Source of the DNA: Octopus sinensis | Taxonomy: Eukaryota | Assembly: GCF_006345805.1 (NCBI RefSeq) | Contig: NC_043008.1 | Span: forward strand, 28,768,001 to 28,832,000 | Direction: 5' to 3' | Length of the DNA: 64,000 nucleotides | In this document: in pieces, positions 1-12,940 of the stretch | How the letters are laid out: each line of letters starts with the position of its first letter | How positions within the stretch are numbered: the stretch's first letter is position 1 | The notes under the pieces: generated by a model | Databases searched by the model: none | The model's input: the letters and a program-made list of their open reading frames with translations, nothing else | What the model was told of the DNA's origin: nothing | Position numbers and translations under genes: made by a program

Positions 1-574
1 CATGAGCGTTCTCACATTTAATTAAAGTCATTTTCGTTATTGCTTTGGGGAGAGAACTTTTTGACATGGGAATTGTTGGAAAACAACAAACTGATCTATG
101 AAGAACTTTATCGAAATGTATGTAGGACACGTGTTTATTTGTCATAATGCTTCATCAAGTACATATAAGTGCAACTCTTCTTAGTGATCTTTGAAACTGA
201 TCCTGTGTTTCTATTTGATGATGATTCGGAGCACTTTAAGCTTGTGTTCAACAGCCCGCTGGCATCTGTCACAGCCAGCACGCTATGGTTTCATACAAGT
301 CAGCAAGGATGTGTTTTCTTTTTTGCTGTTGATTTTTCTAAAGATAGCTACTGCATTTAAGCTCTTTTTGAGTCTGGTTGAACATGTTTCCTTTTATTTT
401 TTTCATCCATTAAACTGCGATCATGCTGGAGAACTGCCTTATAGAATTGTTAGTCGAACGTATCGATCCCAGTATTTATTTTCTAAAGTCTGGTACTTAT
501 ATTATCGGTATCTTTTGCTAAAGTTACGGGAAGCAAACATCAAGCGGTGCTTGGGGAATAAATACTTTCAACGA

Positions 575-582
575 TACACACA

Positions 583-654
<72 letters not shown>

Positions 655-660
655 CATATA
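575..660. repeat. (CA)n followed by (TA)n microsatellite
   Basis: Direct: long cacaca run then tatata; explains the HTHTHT tract of ORF 191..730. Confidence 0.95.
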
Positions 661-829
661 TACGACAGGGATTTTTCAAATTCTCTCTACCAAGTCCACT
701 CACCAGGTTTTAGTCGGTCCCGGTCTATAGTAGGACACACTTGCCCACGGTGTTACAATGTGGGACTGAACCCGGTACCATGTGATTGGAAAGCAAGCTT
801 CTTACCACATAGTCACACCTCCACCTATG
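661..829 (-). mobile_element. tRNA-derived SINE, family B (head plus 5' body)
   Basis: Reverse complement has A-box-like GTGACTATGTGGTAAG and B-box-like GGGTTCAGTCCC; homologous to + copies at 48849 and 50645. Confidence 0.85.
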
Positions 830-2039
830 AACACAAAATATAAATGTACTCGGCTTTATGTTAATAATCGCATCTTAGTGTGTCATTAATTGTTTAATAC
901 CAGCTTAAAGAAAATATGAATGTACAGCAAAGTTATTCGCTGTTTACAAAGGAAAACGGCAGATTTAGTTGGCTGTGAATGAGAGAATGTGTGTCTGTGG
1001 CTGTTAAAGCGTATCGAGTATAATGTTATTAATAGTCCAGTTCAGTGAGTTGTCACGCACATTCTCTACAAAAAGTCTTGCGAAAATCAACCAACATTAT
1101 ACAGTTATACAGATTTTTTGTAGAGCAATTCTTACGATTAGCTCGCCAAGAGAGAGAGAGCGAGAGAGAATACTTAATATCGCCCACATATCAGCATTTC
1201 ATATTTAGTGGATTGTTTTTCTCTTTTTAGTTAAAGATTCGTAATTCATAAACATTTATAATTGTACGTCCTTTTACTTTCTCTTTTGCGATCGCCTCAG
1301 CATACCACCATAACTACTCGGGACAGACTAATATCGAACACACGGAAACGTTTTCAGTCACAACTCGCTCTACTGAGTGCGTAAGCACCTGTTGCGTTTG
1401 CATCTACTGAATCCTTGTTGTAGAAACATAGACATGCTTAAGAAAATTCAGATCCAAACGTAAGAGAGCCGTGTCAGCATCATATGATATGTCGTCGAAA
1501 AATACACTAACCATGTCGGACACCACATCAGATGAGTTGGCCTTCACATTTTATATAAAAAAATCTGGTAGTTGCAAGATAGCAACATAATGGAAGTGAT
1601 CGGTGTTTCCACATCGGCTCAAGTCCATGATGGGAACCAATGTTGTAGAGAACTGGGAATGAAAACTGCTTGTTGTCTGCTTTACTTTTGAACTGCCAAG
1701 TCGATTTCAGATGTTACATATACATAAGGACTTCGTTTCCCTACATTTTGATCACATAACTTCTTAAATATAGCTAATATTTTACTTGTAACTTTTACTA
1801 CATAATTCAGTATCTAGTTGATTATTGTATATAAATCATATTTAGTAACTCGTGAATTTTTACACAATATTATATGTTTCGCGGTTAAAATATTGTCATC
1901 TTTGTGCGTAATGGTGACACCGCACTCAAGAATTATTGCACTCCAAAGCAATGCAGACTTTTCTAGGTGTTCTATCTTCATATTGCACCGATCTTTTTCA
2001 GTCATGTTGGTAGTGAGTGTTGATAACTCCAAGTACACC

Positions 2040-4420
2040 AGTTACTATTGGTATCACATCTACTCTCTTCAGTAACTTCAACCTTCGTGCTTCCCACTAA
2101 AAATCTTCATAATTCTTTATTTTTTCTTCTTTCACATTGATCATGTTGTCACCAAGACATGGTATGCTGATTATCATACGTGTTCTTTCCTTTTTATTTA
2201 CCACAACAATGTCCAGTTTCCTATTACTGGTCCGGTGATCGCATTGGATCATTATACCCGAGTGGAATTTGCAATTTTTATTTTCAGTGACTCTTGGGGT
2301 TTGCTCAAACCACGTCTTTGCTCGTTTTAGGCCGTGATTTCCACAGAGTTCCCAATAGATCATTCTTGCCACTTTGACATGGCCTCGTTTGTATTCGCAT
2401 CGTGCCAATTTCAGGCATTCGCTAACAATGAACCATACCGTTTAAGCCCTCTCACCACACACTTTGCGTTTGTTACTATTGGTAGTGTTGTCAATACTGC
2501 ACTTCATATAATTGGTTCATATAATTGATTGCGCATATGAGTGATTTTTGTCTCTTTTTTTTAGGTCACTCCTCCTCATCCAAAGCCACCGGTCCTCTGT
2601 ATATGTCTTGGCGTTCAATTCTATTGCTAACTGAGAGTACAGTTTTTTTCCGTCCCTGCTTTTTCCTTTCTTTGGTCAATTCTTGTTTAAAGTTTTCTTT
2701 AGTTACACAATTTTCAGTTATGATGACGCCTGCCTTCTTCGAGTTTTTCAACAGTGGCTCCACGGCATTTTTATATACCATCCATTGATCCATGCATTAG
2801 ATTCTTCTGCGATCAATTCATGACAACTACTGAACTTCTTTCTCCAATATCCTTTACACCATCAGGTCCTATTGCTTTTCAATTGCTTATCTTTTTACTC
2901 ATATTTCTAATACTGTCGTCTGTGAAGTAGATAGCCTCTTGCTAAGGAGAGAACCCTGTTTGCTTCAGACTGCAAAGCCATACAGTGGTAGTATTATGTT
3001 GCTCTTGCTTACTCCATATCTTGCCACCAAAATGTCGACTTTCATCAGCATCAGGGAGTAACCTTTCACTGTTTTATCGGCATTAATCTCTTGATACAAT
3101 CTTATTTGGTCGGTTCTAAACATTTTTTTTCTTTTTGCTGGAATTGCTTAATCTATTGTTCAAACCTTGTTAGCTTTGCTCATTTTTGCTTCTATGCGCT
3201 GCTTCAGTTCTTCAGTTAAAACATTCAGGCCTTTTTAATCTACACCATAATTCTTTCTAACTTTTTCGAATTTCCATTCATTCTTAAGTTCTCCATTTCT
3301 TTTCCTATCAAGTATTGACACTACACTGTTCGAGGAGTCTATATCTTCAGAAATTCTCTTTTTCCACCACGGCTGTTTATTTCCTCTACTATCCGTCTTC
3401 TATTCTCAGTAGTTCTCAATCCCATCCTTTCCGCCACAATCCTACTAGCAGCCGTGATAAGATTATTTGCTTGTGTGATGCTCTTTGTTTCAATGTGTCT
3501 CAGTACAATATTGACTTTATTCGTCTCTTAAAGTCGGACTTTTTAAAGTTGCACACTAACTCTGTCTCTTCTCTATTTAATAGATCCAAAATTCTGTCTA
3601 TTTTTAATCGATATTCATTATTTGAGTAGTCACTGATCTCAATTCTTTCACAATTCACGTTCTTCTATTTTGGGGAACATTTGTTCTCTTTCATTTCTCC
3701 CACGCCCAAACTCACCCGATGTCCTTCTTTTTATAACTTCTAGCTCCAATTCTGTTAACCACCCATTCTTTCGCATTGCTCTTGCATGGTCACATAATCT
3801 CTGTTCAGTAATTTCGAGCAGTTCTATTGCCTCCCTTTCACTGTGCATTCGTTTTCTGTACCCTTTGACAGACAAGCCATTCGCATCCACAGTATTTTTA
3901 CTTCTATCAAGGTAGTCCGCCGCCATCTCTATCAAGATAGTCTCTATCTCCATGACGGTAGTCCACCAAGGCGGCAGGGTCCTTGCTCCCTTAGTTATGG
4001 ACACAAAGCGTTTCTTTTCTGAGGCTGCTTGCCACTCAAGGCTAACGAGTACAGCCTGCCTGGTGCACTCGCCTTTTCTGAAACTTCTCCTGTTGGCTTG
4101 GCGAAGGAGTCAACCAAGACTGCAGAGCTCTTACTACCCAAAAGTTGAGCCAATTCTCTTCACACATCTGTGTGTTGGGGACCATGATCCTGATTCTCAC
4201 TAGGAGATAGGTGTACGTCAGTTGGTCCCGCATCCAAATATTGCTCCGGACTTAAGTCACGATTTGCGATTCATTCGCCTTCATCCCAGGAATCGAGCCA
4301 TTGGACACTGACAGGTTGTCACCACTGTGACTGTCTATCCAGTTTTGAAATCAGACCGTTCTTCTCCTAGATAGACTGCCAACCAAGGCTAGGTCTACCC
4401 GTTTTCGGAATGGCCACTGA
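2040..4420 (-). mobile_element. R4/Dong-like non-LTR retrotransposon (lineage A), internally deleted: 5' region, N-terminus and C-terminal CCHC/RLE kept, RT core missing
   Basis: ORF 2097..2408 EYKRGHVKVARMIYWELC...NRKLDIVVV...KEEKIKNYEDF matches the RLE domain; [14 protein letters not shown]-terminal motif at 3648..4004; the KAxGPDG..GYW..KFSSCHE motif joins directly to post-RT sequence near 2808. Confidence 0.8.
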
Positions 4421-4440
4421 CTTTCTATGTTCCTTTACCG

Positions 4441-4793
4441 GTTTATTTTTTCTTCTTTCACATTGATCATGTTGTCACCAAGACATGGTATGCTGATTAT
4501 CATACATGTTCTTTCTTTTTTTATTTACCACAACAATGTCCAGTTTCCTATTTCTGGTCCGGTGATCGCACTGGATCATTATGCCCGAGTGGAATTTGCA
4601 ATTTTTATTTTCAGTGACTCTTGGGGTTTGCTCAAACCAGTTCTTTGCTCGTTTAGGCCATGATTTCCACAGAGTCCCCAATGGATCATTCTTGCCACTT
4701 TGTCACGGCCTCGTTTGTTCTCGCGTTGTGCCAATTTCAGGCATTCGCTAACGATGAACCACCACACATTTTGCGTTTGTTTCTATTGGTAGT
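4441..4793 (-). mobile_element. Second copy of the lineage-A RLE segment
   Basis: Closely similar to 2116-2492 (tttattttttcttctttcacattgatcatgttgtcaccaagacatggtatgctgattatcatac shared); ORFs ENKRGRDKVARMIHWGLC and NRKLDIVVV. Confidence 0.85.
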
Positions 4794-5020
4794 GCCGGTT
4801 TTTGTTTTTAATCCCGCATGGTGTCGAAAATCCATCCTCCCCACTAAACTTGCTTAGTGAGGAGGATAGATTTACAACGCCACTTGTTAATCATTCTAGG
4901 TAATTCTTGATCACTATTATAACTTCACTATTACTACTATAATACCTATCTTATGATCCCTATCTGAATTATTATAATCATTATTATTGTTGTTGTTGTT
5001 GTTGTTGCTGTTACGAAATG

Positions 5021-5220
5021 CTTGAGATAGCAAGATCGATAGTATACCGCCGAAATTGCTTAGTAATTTTAGCTTTCTGAACTCAAGTTGCATCAAGCTC
5101 GCCTCTGCCTTTCATCCTTTTGGGGTGCGGCAAAATAAGTACCAGAAGACCACTGAGGTCGATTTAATAGATTTACATATTCCCCTGTTTCAGGCCTTGA
5201 GCCTTTAGTAGAAAGGATTA
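5021..5220 (+). mobile_element. Degenerate SINE, family A
   Basis: Core gcctttcatcc...ggggtgcggcaaaataagtaccag and end gtagaaaggatta shared with copies at 9197, 10298 and 14472. Confidence 0.7.
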
Positions 5221-5237
5221 TGATTATTATTATTATT

Positions 5238-8094
5238 CTATGTTTGACTTTTGCTTTATGTCTGTACAAGTTGGCTCCAAGTCTCACCCAGAGACCTCAA
5301 GAGACAACAGGTTGGAAGTTCTGTGCCATATATTTGGGTTTTTTTTTTTGGTGTTGTACTAGTGAATGTCTAATACATAAAAAAATAAATAAAATAAAAT
5401 AAAATAAAGCAAATAAGTAAAAAAAAAAGTTTGTTTTAAACCTTGGGATTACATACAGAGTATTTTGCGTAGGATATGAGCAGTTCCCATGAGCACTATC
5501 TTTTGAATTTCTGCCATTTTGGGGTTTCCTGGTATCTGAGTTAGGTAGCAATTAGTCCCTTTCGCTATCATTCCCAGGGCACCTATGACAACAGGTATTG
5601 TTTTAGTCTTCAGCTTCCACATTTTGCTGATTTCTATTTCAAGATCTTTATATTTGCTCAGTTTTTGGTAGGTCTTGACAGATATGTTTATATCGATTGG
5701 GACAGTCATATCAATGAGGCATGTTCTTTGTCTGAAGCCTTTCAATATGATGTCTGGCCTATTTGCATCTACCTTCCTGTCAGTTTGAATGGTGAAGTTC
5801 CACAGGAGTCAGATGTGGTCATTTTCAAGCACTTGAGGTGGATTGTGTTCCCACCAGTTTTTTTCATGGGGCAAATCCAGGTTTTTGCAAATTACCCAGT
5901 GAATATATTGTGCAGCTCTATCACGCCTGTTGAGGTACTCTGTAGGCGCTAGAAGACTGCATTTGGAGACAACATGATCAATGGTTTCATTTTGTTGTCG
6001 GCATACACGACATGTTGGGCTACTGCCGTTCTTTAATATGTTGGCCTGGTAGTTTCGTGTTGGTAGGTATTGATCTTGAGCTGCTATGATAAACCCCTCT
6101 GTTTCAGATTTTAAGCCAGAGGCCATTAGCCATTGATAGGTCAGGGCTTTGTCAATATCTGCATTATTCGCTCTCTTTGGGTATTTGCCACAGAGAGGTT
6201 TTTCTTGCCATTTATTATTCAGAATATCTAAGGCCGCAGTTTTGGCACGGGTTTTCATGCGCTTAGCTTTTTCTTGTATGTCTATCTCTAAGTCCGAAAT
6301 TGGTTGTATTCGGAATTCACTTAGATATTCCTTTGCCTGTTTTGTTACTGAGTATGATGCTTTCTTGTTTTCATGTTTTGAGACAAGTTTTAACATCCAG
6401 TTCTCAGAGTTTTTCAGGTAGGTGTCTAGGCCAATTGTAGCGATCTTCATTGTTATTGCCAGTTGTAAAAGACCACGGCCTCCCTCGTTTCTTGGCATAT
6501 AGAGTCGTTCTGTATCTGCTTTAGGGTGGTGCATTCTATGCATTGTCAACAGTTTCCTTATTTTTCTGTCGAGCTGACATATTTCAGTAATTGACCAGTT
6601 AACAATATTGAAACTGTAAGTCACGACTGGTATAGCTAATGCATTGATCGCTTCGATCCTGTTTCTTGCATTCAGCTCTGTCTAGAGTATTGCTCTTACT
6701 CTTCGCTAGCATTCTCTCCTGATCCTTTGCTTCATCTCTGAATGTCTTATTCCGTTCCCTTCAATTACCCCTAGGTACTTGTAGCTCTCCGCTGGGTCTA
6801 GTTCTTTTATGACATTCTGCTGGTCAAGGTTAACGTTAGATGTTTCTGTCATTTTTCCTTTGATAATAGTACTTTTGCACATTTATCGAGGCCAAATTGC
6901 ATTCTGATGTCGTCACTGAATTGTTTGACTCTCGCTAGTAAGCCCTTGAGTTGTTGGTAATTTTTTTGCAAAAAGCTTTAAATCATCCATGTAAATGAGA
7001 TGATTTATATTTTTATCAAACATTTTATACCCATACTGCGCATCATTGAGCAGCTTTGAGAGAGGTATTAAGGATAAACAAAAGAGGAGTGGTGACAGTG
7101 AGTCACCCTGGAAAATGCCACACGAAATTTTTACATCACCAGCATTTAGGGATTCATTGTCACTGTTCAGAGTTAGTGTGGTTCTCCATGATCTCATACT
7201 TACAGTCAAGAAGTTTCGCAGAGTAGGTGCTATTTTATACATTTCCAGGCATTTCCTAATCCAGTTATGTGGTAGGCTATCAAAAGCCTTTTATAGTCTA
7301 TCCAGGCTATTGATAAGTTTTTGTGTCGTTTATGACAATCTTCTAAGATCATCTTATTGATGAGTAGTTGGTCTTTACAGCCGTAGGATCCACGTTTACA
7401 TCCTTTCTGTTCATTAGGGAATATGCTGTTGTCTGTTAAAAAACTATAGATATATTCCGTCAGGACGGATGTTAGCGTTTTGTACATAGTTGTTAAGCAG
7501 GTTATGGGTCTATAGTTTTTTGGTTCATTTGTTTCTTCACTTTTTGGAAGCAGGAATTAACTAGCCAAGGAGGCATCCCATTAACTAGCCAAGGAGGCAT
7601 CCTACTAGGGTGTTGCAAAACATCATTGTACAGTTCTGTTAGCAGTTCATGGCTCTCTGGGAAGGCATTCAGCCAGAAGTTAGGAATGTTATCCCTTCCT
7701 GGAGACTTCCATTTGCTTGACCTCCTGAGAGCAGATCTTATATCTTCTACCTTGACACCCTCCCACTTTTGCTCTTCTAAGGGTCCAGTTCTGTAGATTT
7801 TCTGTCAATCCAGGGGGCCTTTTCGTTGTGTGTTTTTTCTTCTGCCCAGATTTTATTCCAAAATCCCTGCACTTCTTCTTTTGATGGTACAGACCTTGCA
7901 GTAAACGCTGTTTTTCCTATCTTCCTGTAAAAATTATTGGTGTTATTTTTGAACATGTTGTTGTCCTTGAAAAATCTAACACACTTTTCATACCTCGCTA
8001 TGCTGGCAGCTTTGGCTGATACCTTTTGTTTGATGGTTTCTATGGTGGCATCAATATCAAGTATAGTTTTCATATTGTATTTTTTCATATTGTA

Positions 8095-8096
<2 letters not shown>
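5238..8096 (-). mobile_element. R4/Dong-like non-LTR retrotransposon (lineage B), 5'-truncated, 3' end intact with (TAA)n tail
   Basis: RT motifs GIFQGDSLSPLLFCL and YMDDLKLF (6913..7242), GGRGLLQL, CRVC..QNETIDHVVSKC (5809..6624), RLE LIDMTVP..KLSKYKDLEIEI..GALG..GTAHILRK (5449..5745); broken by frameshifts; TTA arrays on both sides. Confidence 0.92.
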
Positions 8097-8161
<65 letters not shown>

Positions 8162-8224
8162 CATTATTGTTGTTGTTGTCATTATTATTATTATTATTAT
8201 TATAATCATCATTATTATTATTAC

Positions 8225-8275
<51 letters not shown>

Positions 8276-8429
8276 CATTACTGTTGTTGTTGTCATTATT
8301 ATTATTATTATAATCATCATTATTATTATTACTATTATTATTATTATTATTGTTATTATTATTATTGTTGTTGTTGTTGTTGCTGTTGTTATTATTATCA
8401 TCATCATCATCATCATCATTATTATTATT
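8097..8429. repeat. Compound (TTA)n/(TTG)n/(TCA)n microsatellite
   Basis: Direct; source of the poly-I/poly-N ORFs 8057..8419 and 8085..8444. Confidence 0.97.
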
Positions 8430-8960
8430 GAAGACGTCGCACATTATCCAATATCGTGATGTACATTGAAGTTATTGTGTCTACCGAGGGCTTGTACTCT
8501 CTGATAAGTTACAAAGACCTCAGACAATACTTTATACATTATATGTGTAGTTCTAAGTGAGGCCTAGTTTTGCAATACAGTAAGATGTCTAAAATGACAG
8601 TTGTTTCTTCAGTTTCGATGGTATTGAATCCAATTCTCCCATGACAACAGGATCTTTGACTTTCGCAGTTGCCACATCTTGGTGATCTCAGTTCTCAGGT
8701 CTCCATATTTGTCGACATTTTTCTCTTTCGTTCACGGTATGTTGATATCCTGGAATTGCCACGTTGATTATTAGGCAGTCTTAATGTATTAAATGTTAAT
8801 ATATCCGGCCTTCGGTACTCTCACAGCTTGACTCTGAAAATTGAAGTCCCAGAAGTCATTTGCCTCCTTTTTTACGTCCATTACATTTTCGGTTGTATGT
8901 TGCGACCAAACATCCGTTATCTCGTAGCCAGTGAAGGTTTTGCGCTACCTTGTCGTGTCT
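8430..8960 (-). mobile_element. 3' fragment (RLE domain) of another R4/Dong-like lineage
   Basis: Minus-strand translation ..FWDFNFQ...KEKNVDKYGDLRTEITKMWQL...LRTTHIMYKVLS, running into the (TAA)n array at 8429. Confidence 0.7.
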
Positions 8961-8981
8961 ACGCCTATACTCTTTCTGCGC

Positions 8982-9061
8982 AGACGGCGAGCTGACAGAA
9001 TTGTTAGCACTGTGAGCGACTCCTTAGCGTATTTTTTCGTTTTATGTTCTGGGTTCAAATT
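8982..9061 (+). mobile_element. SINE family A, head only
   Basis: agacggcgagctgacagaattgttagcac...gggttcaaatt. Confidence 0.65.
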
Positions 9062-9196
9062 ATATATTTGTGAAGTGAAAATAGCTAGCATACATAAATG
9101 GTGAAATGATGCCCCTTATTGAATTGTAAATAGTGGTAAAATATTGTTGATTCTCTAACAATCGACGAGTAAACCTTCATTAACCAAATCCTAAAA

Positions 9197-9408
9197 GACG
9201 GCGAGCTGGCAGAAATGTTAGCACGCCGGGCGAAATACTTAGTGTTATTTCGTATGTTTTTACGTCCTAAGTTCAAATTCCACTGAGGTTGACTTAGCCT
9301 TTCATCAGTTTGGGTTCGATGAATTATTTACCATTTGCCCGCTGGTGTTGATCTAATCGACTGGTCCCTTCCCTCAAACTTTCGGCCCTTATACATAGAG
9401 TAGAAAAG
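9197..9408 (+). mobile_element. SINE family A, complete, 18-bp TSD
   Basis: gacggcgagctggcagaaatgttagcacgccgggcgaa head; TSD attaaccaaatcctaaaa at 9179-9196 and 9409-9426. Confidence 0.9.
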
Positions 9409-10297
9409 ATTAACCAAATCCTAAAATTTGTTTTCCTTATTTTATGATTAAATTAGTAATGTGTAAATAAATATGCCGAACTCAGTGGTGGAACATATAA
9501 GTTTTGTTGTTAGTGCTAGTCAGATTAATTTGACCGCATCTTTGATAACGTTTAAAAGGTAGACCATATAAATTATAACTGGAATTTTCCCGACCTCATT
9601 ATGACTTAAGTAATTAATGGTGCAGAGATAAATTTCCGTGTGTAAATTTTACCTTCCTGCTGATCATCACCTTAAAAAGCTGCAGTTTTTTCAAGAAATG
9701 TAGCAAAAAAGCAAGACTTGGTCAAGTGTGACTAATAAATGTAATCATCAACTTCGTCGTTGTCATCATCTTAATCCGTTACGTGATCATCATCGTCATC
9801 ATCTTCATCATCATTCACTATTATTACTGAAAAATGAATGAACCGATTCTTAATATGCTTTTCTAAGCAGGGCAAAAGAAACAGGAACAGGACACTTTTT
9901 CATGGATTGGGGATGGCAGAGTGATCCGAGATATTAGCGTGGGGTTTACCCAGTATTACCCTAATTGGGTTGCTCCTGCTATTGGGGATTCTATTTATTC
10001 ACTTACCTATTTATTTATTATTCATTTCTATAATTTCTATTATATATACTCTATTATATCCCTTAATGTGATAGTAGTCTCCCTTTGATCGCTATAAAAT
10101 CCACCTGTTTTTGTATTATTTTCTTTCTTGTTTCTCTGCTGCAACTCGTTCTTCGATATTGTCCTCCATGCATTCGGCCCTTGTGACCAATAAAAAATCA
10201 TATCATTATTATTATTACTATTATTATTATCACAGTGAGGTAACGGAATTTATCACGCCAGACAAAAATTTAGCTGTATTTCGAAACTCTTTACATT

Positions 10298-10502
10298 AAG
10301 ACGGTGATCTGGCAGAATCGTTACCTATCTGGATGAAATACTAAGCGGCATTTCACCCGTCCCTACATTCTGTGTTCAAATTCTTTGCCTTTCATCCTTT
10401 CGGGGTCGATAAATTAAGTACCAGTGAAACACTGGGACCGATCTGGTCGATTAGTCCACTCCCGTCAAATTTCAGGCATTGTGCCTATGGTACAAAGGAT
10501 TT
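10298..10502 (+). mobile_element. SINE family A
   Basis: aagacggtgatctggcagaatcgtt head and tttgcctttcatcctttcggggtcgataaattaagtaccag core. Confidence 0.85.
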
Positions 10503-11715
10503 TTTTTATTGCTGTTGTTTGTTGTTATCATTATCTTCTTACTATAGCATCAGCATTTATAGCATTAACATAAGTAAAATGAAATGTATTTAGTGGAAAT
10601 TACTTTCCCGAAGTTGAAATCGGCTACGAAGAGTAGTACACGATATCTTTCATCGTATAAGAGTTAGTGAAATTCGTGCACAATTCAGAGCAAGTAATTG
10701 TTAAGTTTATGTCATTATGTCTGAAATCCCTCCGATGAAACAACTTATATTACCGTGTATACAAAGGCAATGACTAAATGCGAGCCATGTTTAACTAAAT
10801 GTAATCTCGTATACGCGCGTAATTTTAGAGGTTTTTGAAACACGTATCATGCCGTGAAATATAATTGTATTAAAGGCTGGCTCAAATTATAAATCCCCAC
10901 ACCATTATAATCCACATGTAAATTTCTCCGTGGAACGCCACTCTTATGAAGATAAGCATCCAAGGTGTTTGTGAATATAATCATTCCTGAGATTTGATGT
11001 ATCGAGGAAATGCGATATTTGCATCAATTCGTAAAACTAACATTGTTTTCACGTCAGAGGTAATATTAGCAGAAATCTTATATCACAATTTCTATTATGC
11101 TAAGAAACAAGATTTTCCCATATTTCATATATTTTCAAAACGTAACCAAAAAGGAACTGCTTGTATATATCATGTTTGGAAATCTAGAATATCATATAAA
11201 TATCTTCCCTGCATTCCCCAGAGTATATTCCACATATTTATGAAGATAACTACAGAACCTTTCTTGATATGAAATGGATTCACTTCAGGTTATCTAATTA
11301 TAAACATGTGAATACGTTTAGAGAAAGGAAAAAGATAGCAAGTAATTTGAAAAAGCTCACAAATAATAGACAAACCTAAGTGAGTTCCAGTGTATGTACG
11401 CATAAACGGATTAAAATTAATGTGAACAAAAGTGAAAAAATGGTGGCTAGCTATGAATTATCCTCGATGTATGTATACAGGGAAATTATTGTTCCCATGA
11501 TAAACAGAATGCTTGAAATATAACATATTTACTCAAAGAGAGCCGATATTTCCTTCCAGGGATGGATAAACTCGTAGTTATCATCAATAAAGTATGCATC
11601 ATCAATGGTAATGTGATTTACAGGCGCACACGTAGACGATCCGCGCTACACATATATATACACTAATAGTCCTCATCATCAAATCACAATATCCAATACT
11701 GCATGCAGCTTAACT

Positions 11716-11717
<2 letters not shown>

Positions 11718-11751
<34 letters not shown>
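11718..11751. repeat. (TA)n microsatellite
   Basis: Direct. Confidence 0.95.
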
Positions 11752-11755
<4 letters not shown>

Positions 11756-12724
11756 TTTACGATAGACGACACCTGGTATATGTATTAAGCCCATAAAATA
11801 TAAGGCATTAATTCCGTTAATGAATGGAAGTAAACTACGGAGGAGGTACTTTTATAAAATAGTTTAGCATGGAGAAAGAATAGGAAATCAATATCCCATC
11901 TAATATGCTATGTAGCATTTGTAATAGCTCAACGGATGTTAGACGATCTATCCTGAGTTTACAAAAAGACGGTTTGTCCACAGCTGGAACGTCTTCCAAC
12001 CTAAGTTTGCTCACGTAAATTTTACGCAATCAAACAGACTTATGTCCCAATGATGTGAACTCTTTCGATCACCAGTCTGACTCTTTTATTTAAAAAATTG
12101 GCAATTATCTGTCAAATAATGTGGGGTGAAACATTGGAAAATATATTCTTAGATATACCATACTTTATGAAATACGCCACAATTTTTTACCCACGTTGGT
12201 TATATAAAGCCTTGTGTTCAGTCCTATTTTGTGGCAACAACGAGAAAACATCCAATGGAAACACATAACATTTCCTAATGTATTTCTCTGCTTGTTAAAA
12301 AACTTGTAACTATGTAATTTGGTTCAACTCCATATCAAAACGGATGAATGAAAACCTTTTTTCAAATCTTCACAGTTCGCTTCAAAATACAGCAAAGTGC
12401 AACAATTTGAGTGCATTTGCATAGGCTTTTAGGATGTGATAAATTTGAATGTAAATAGAACCAGATTGTGATACATTTCATGCAATAGAACTATAAGTCG
12501 GACAGATATAAATAATCTATACCCTTTGATTGACTGTAATATTAAGTATGTGTAGATAAATATGCGTAGATGAACCATTCTCCTTATTCACTGGATTGTT
12601 TTGGATATACACTATATATCATATTCAGAAATTCTCCAAGACCGTAGTTCGAACAAGTATTTTCTATGATAATACTTCTGTGAAGACAAATCAATCAATA
12701 CTCATTTAAAAGGCATTCTGATTT

Positions 12725-12895
12725 ATTTCTCTCTCTGTCTCTCCTTCTCTCCCTCTCTGTCTCTCTCTCGCTCGCTCTCTCCCTCTATGTCTCTCTCTCC
12801 CCCACTACGTCTCTCTCTTTCTCTCTCTTGCAATATCTCTGTCTGTGTATGCCTGTGTATCTGTCTGTCTGTCTCTCTTTCTTTCTCTCTCTCAA
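12725..12895. repeat. (CT)n-rich low-complexity tract
   Basis: Direct; gives the ERER ORFs on the minus strand. Confidence 0.85.
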
Positions 12896-12940
12896 TGTCA
12901 CCTCTTTCCTTCGTATTCCCTGTTTTCGGATGTATATGCA

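Noticed and set aside
4200-4420. Ribozyme in the 5' region of the lineage-A element
   Set aside because: Contains a gccttggttggcagtc..ctaggagaag motif I associate with LINE 5' UTRs, but I could not fit an HDV, twister or hammerhead fold
7557-7602. 24-bp tandem duplication in the lineage-B LINE
   Set aside because: Real but trivial local slippage in a dead element
8057-8444. Poly-I/N/M ORFs (also 19196, 23746, 30152, 35075 and the many YIYI/HTHT/CVCV ORFs)
   Set aside because: Stop-free reading of microsatellites, not genes
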